Position numbers and translations under genes: made by a program
Notes under the pieces: model-generated
What the model saw: the letters and a program-made list of their open reading frames with translations, nothing else
Told to the model about the DNA's origin: nothing
Database searches by the model: none
In this document: piece after piece, positions 60,716 through 62,341 of the stretch
How positions within the stretch are numbered: the stretch's first letter is position 1
How the letters are laid out: each line of letters opens with the position of its first letter
Source of the DNA: a candidate division WOR-3 bacterium
GTDB taxonomy: Bacteria > Hydrothermota > Tepidihabitantia > SM23-42 > CAYGYG01
Length of the DNA stretch: 62,341 bases
Direction: 5' to 3'
Assembly (NCBI GenBank): GCA_965648915.1
Contig: CBFGIV010000010.1
Coordinates: 1 to 62,341, forward strand

Positions 60716-61801
60716 TTAATGCACAAGAACGAGTTTACCTGATTCGAATCCTTTGTCGGTTTCGACTACGAAGAAGTAGACGCCGGCTTCTGCAGATTTG
60801 CCATTAGATAGTTTTCCATCCCACACACTTGTCCTGTTGTTAACTTTGAGTGTGCGAATTACTGAACCAGCCGCATTGAGGATTCTGACATCAGATCTGC
60901 ATGTGTTGGGTATAGTGAGGGTTAAGCTCTTCCCTGCTCGTACAGGATTCGGAACAGCAAGCGGGGTTATTGCCGTTTTGAGTTCGATTACCCTTTCTTG
61001 TTTAACACCTGTACCTGGAGCGACTTCAATTAGAACAATCCGGTCACGAGGGGTTCCTTGTACTAAGCATATTACCGTTCTAAGGGCTGGGTTCCATTGA
61101 TCAGTAACTTCACAACCACCAGCTACATCTGCACCTCCAACCGGCCACTGGACTGTTGTGTACTGGCCTGTTCGGAGACTGAACTGTCGTAAAGTGCTTG
61201 GATTCTGATGGTAGACCCAGAGATAAGGGCCGCCGGCAGTTTTGTTATCATATGCGAGGCCATAGATTGCATAAGTATTCGCGTAAGTTCTTGCTACTGT
61301 GCCATTCGATCGGCGGATGGCATATATTACTGACGAGAAGTCTGCAGTGTAGAAGAAGTTAGAGTCTGGATCATATGCCAGTCCGCGGCAGACCGAAGGA
61401 CCGCCGGTGACGGTAAAATCACCGTAATCCTCTCCATTTCGACCGAACATAGTAATGTTAGGGTCGTCACTACCGAAGAAGGTGTCATTGGAGCATGCCA
61501 GGTCGCGCCAGCCCCAACCTGCGGATCTGATTTGGGCGAAATCCCTGACATAATTTCCGTTATGGTCAAATACATAAACTCTAATAGGATTCTGACCGTG
61601 GGAAACAAAGAATGAGTCTCTCGAGTAGGTGACACCTACGGCATAGGTAGTACAGGGACGAACCGCAAAACCGAATATGGAATCACCCGGCGCTAAATTC
61701 AGATTCTGGTTCGGTATATCTGCATTTGGTATCGCTACATCGTTTGTTCCGCTCGCAAAGCAGACTAATGCACAAAAACAGAATAGAAGTGAATACTTCA
61801 T
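60716..61801 (-). CDS. Secreted beta-propeller protein with T9SS/FlgD-like CTD
   Basis: AGGAG + ATG 61801; signal peptide; RDLAC, RGLAYD, YGLAYD blades; CTD VPNP...WDGK...GVYF...KLVLVH. Confidence 0.85.
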   Translation of the reverse strand: MKYSLLFCFCALVCFASGTNDVAIPNADIPNQNLNLAPGDSIFGFAVRPCTTYAVGVTYSRDSFFVSHGQNPIRVYVFDHNGNYVRDFAQIRSAGWGWRDLACSNDTFFGSDDPNITMFGRNGEDYGDFTVTGGPSVCRGLAYDPDSNFFYTADFSSVIYAIRRSNGTVARTYANTYAIYGLAYDNKTAGGPYLWVYHQNPSTLRQFSLRTGQYTTVQWPVGGADVAGGCEVTDQWNPALRTVICLVQGTPRDRIVLIEVAPGTGVKQERVIELKTAITPLAVPNPVRAGKSLTLTIPNTCRSDVRILNAAGSVIRTLKVNNRTSVWDGKLSNGKSAEAGVYFFVVETDKGFESGKLVLVH

Positions 61802-62005
61802 TATCCTACTCCTTTGTTCTATATGGTTATGTTTTTTACCATCTCGTTTTATACCCATAGTGCTCCTTGGCTCCTGAATTGATTTTATTGACTAAGGTCT
61901 GCAATGATATCATATTTAAACTCAATACCTTGCAGACGAGCACATTACCGGTGTGTAACATATATACATAATTAAAAAAATGTCAAGATAAAATTGTCTT
62001 TTTCT

Positions 62006-62341
62006 GGTAGCGTCAATATTTTTGTGTAAATTCTTTTATTGCTTTTAAAGGGCGATCCTTCCATCTGTTATTATATTTGTTAAAAAGAGCAAGAACAATC
62101 CGCTCACAACTCTCTGAATCCGTAAAGGCACACATCGGCCGAATCCTCTTCCTTAACTCCCGAAATAACCGCTCAATCGCATTCGTCGTCCTGACCTTTG
62201 ACCAGATAAACTCCGGCTCCTTAAAGAAATTTAATAGATCTTCAAGATCTCCCTCTAAACACTTAACCGCTTTGGGCACTACCTTACCCCAGACCCCGAC
62301 CCATTCCCGAAACCGCTTTATCGCCTCTCGCCGGTTAGAGG
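62006..62341 (-). mobile_element. IS256-family element, right end and transposase C-terminus (cut by window edge)
   Basis: RTTNAIERLFRELRKR...F...SCER; terminal IR-like GGTAGCGTCAATATTTTTGTGTAAA (62006-62030) overlapping the stop. Confidence 0.9.

Noticed and set aside
68..61877. Many short antisense or alternative-frame ORFs in the track (e.g. 2950..3522, 30887..31306, 39328..39723)
   Set aside because: They overlap well-supported genes and show no motifs

Overview
A 62-kb bacterial chromosomal segment. The many secreted proteins with T9SS/FlgD-like C-terminal sorting domains (CTDs), the PorV-like barrels and the degenerate heptamer repeats suggest an FCB-related uncultured lineage such as candidate division WOR-3 (inference). 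Core content: the second half of the spc/alpha ribosomal cluster (rpsH to rplQ, with its own promoter and no upstream rplN-rplX-rplE-rpsN), tRNA-Asp, rlmN, trpB2, transporters, a lexA-dinB-dnaE2 cassette and the end of an IS256-family element. Most interesting: (1) a two-gene unit encoding an ARPP-1/DUF6569-like protein and a Ser/Thr kinase fused to a UvrD/PcrA helicase; (2) two overlapping class III cyclase genes with complementary half-sets of catalytic residues, one carrying STAND-TPR domains, followed by HEAT and GGDEF genes; (3) a ~450-nt leader with a (CT)7 tract that would switch a leader ORF between 18 and 62 aa, whose core motif recurs before another CTD gene; (4) heptamer repeats just before and inside CTDs; (5) a perfect palindrome at the lexA start site (candidate LexA box); (6) rpsE without a canonical start codon. 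Family assignments come from motif recognition by eye; no searches were run.
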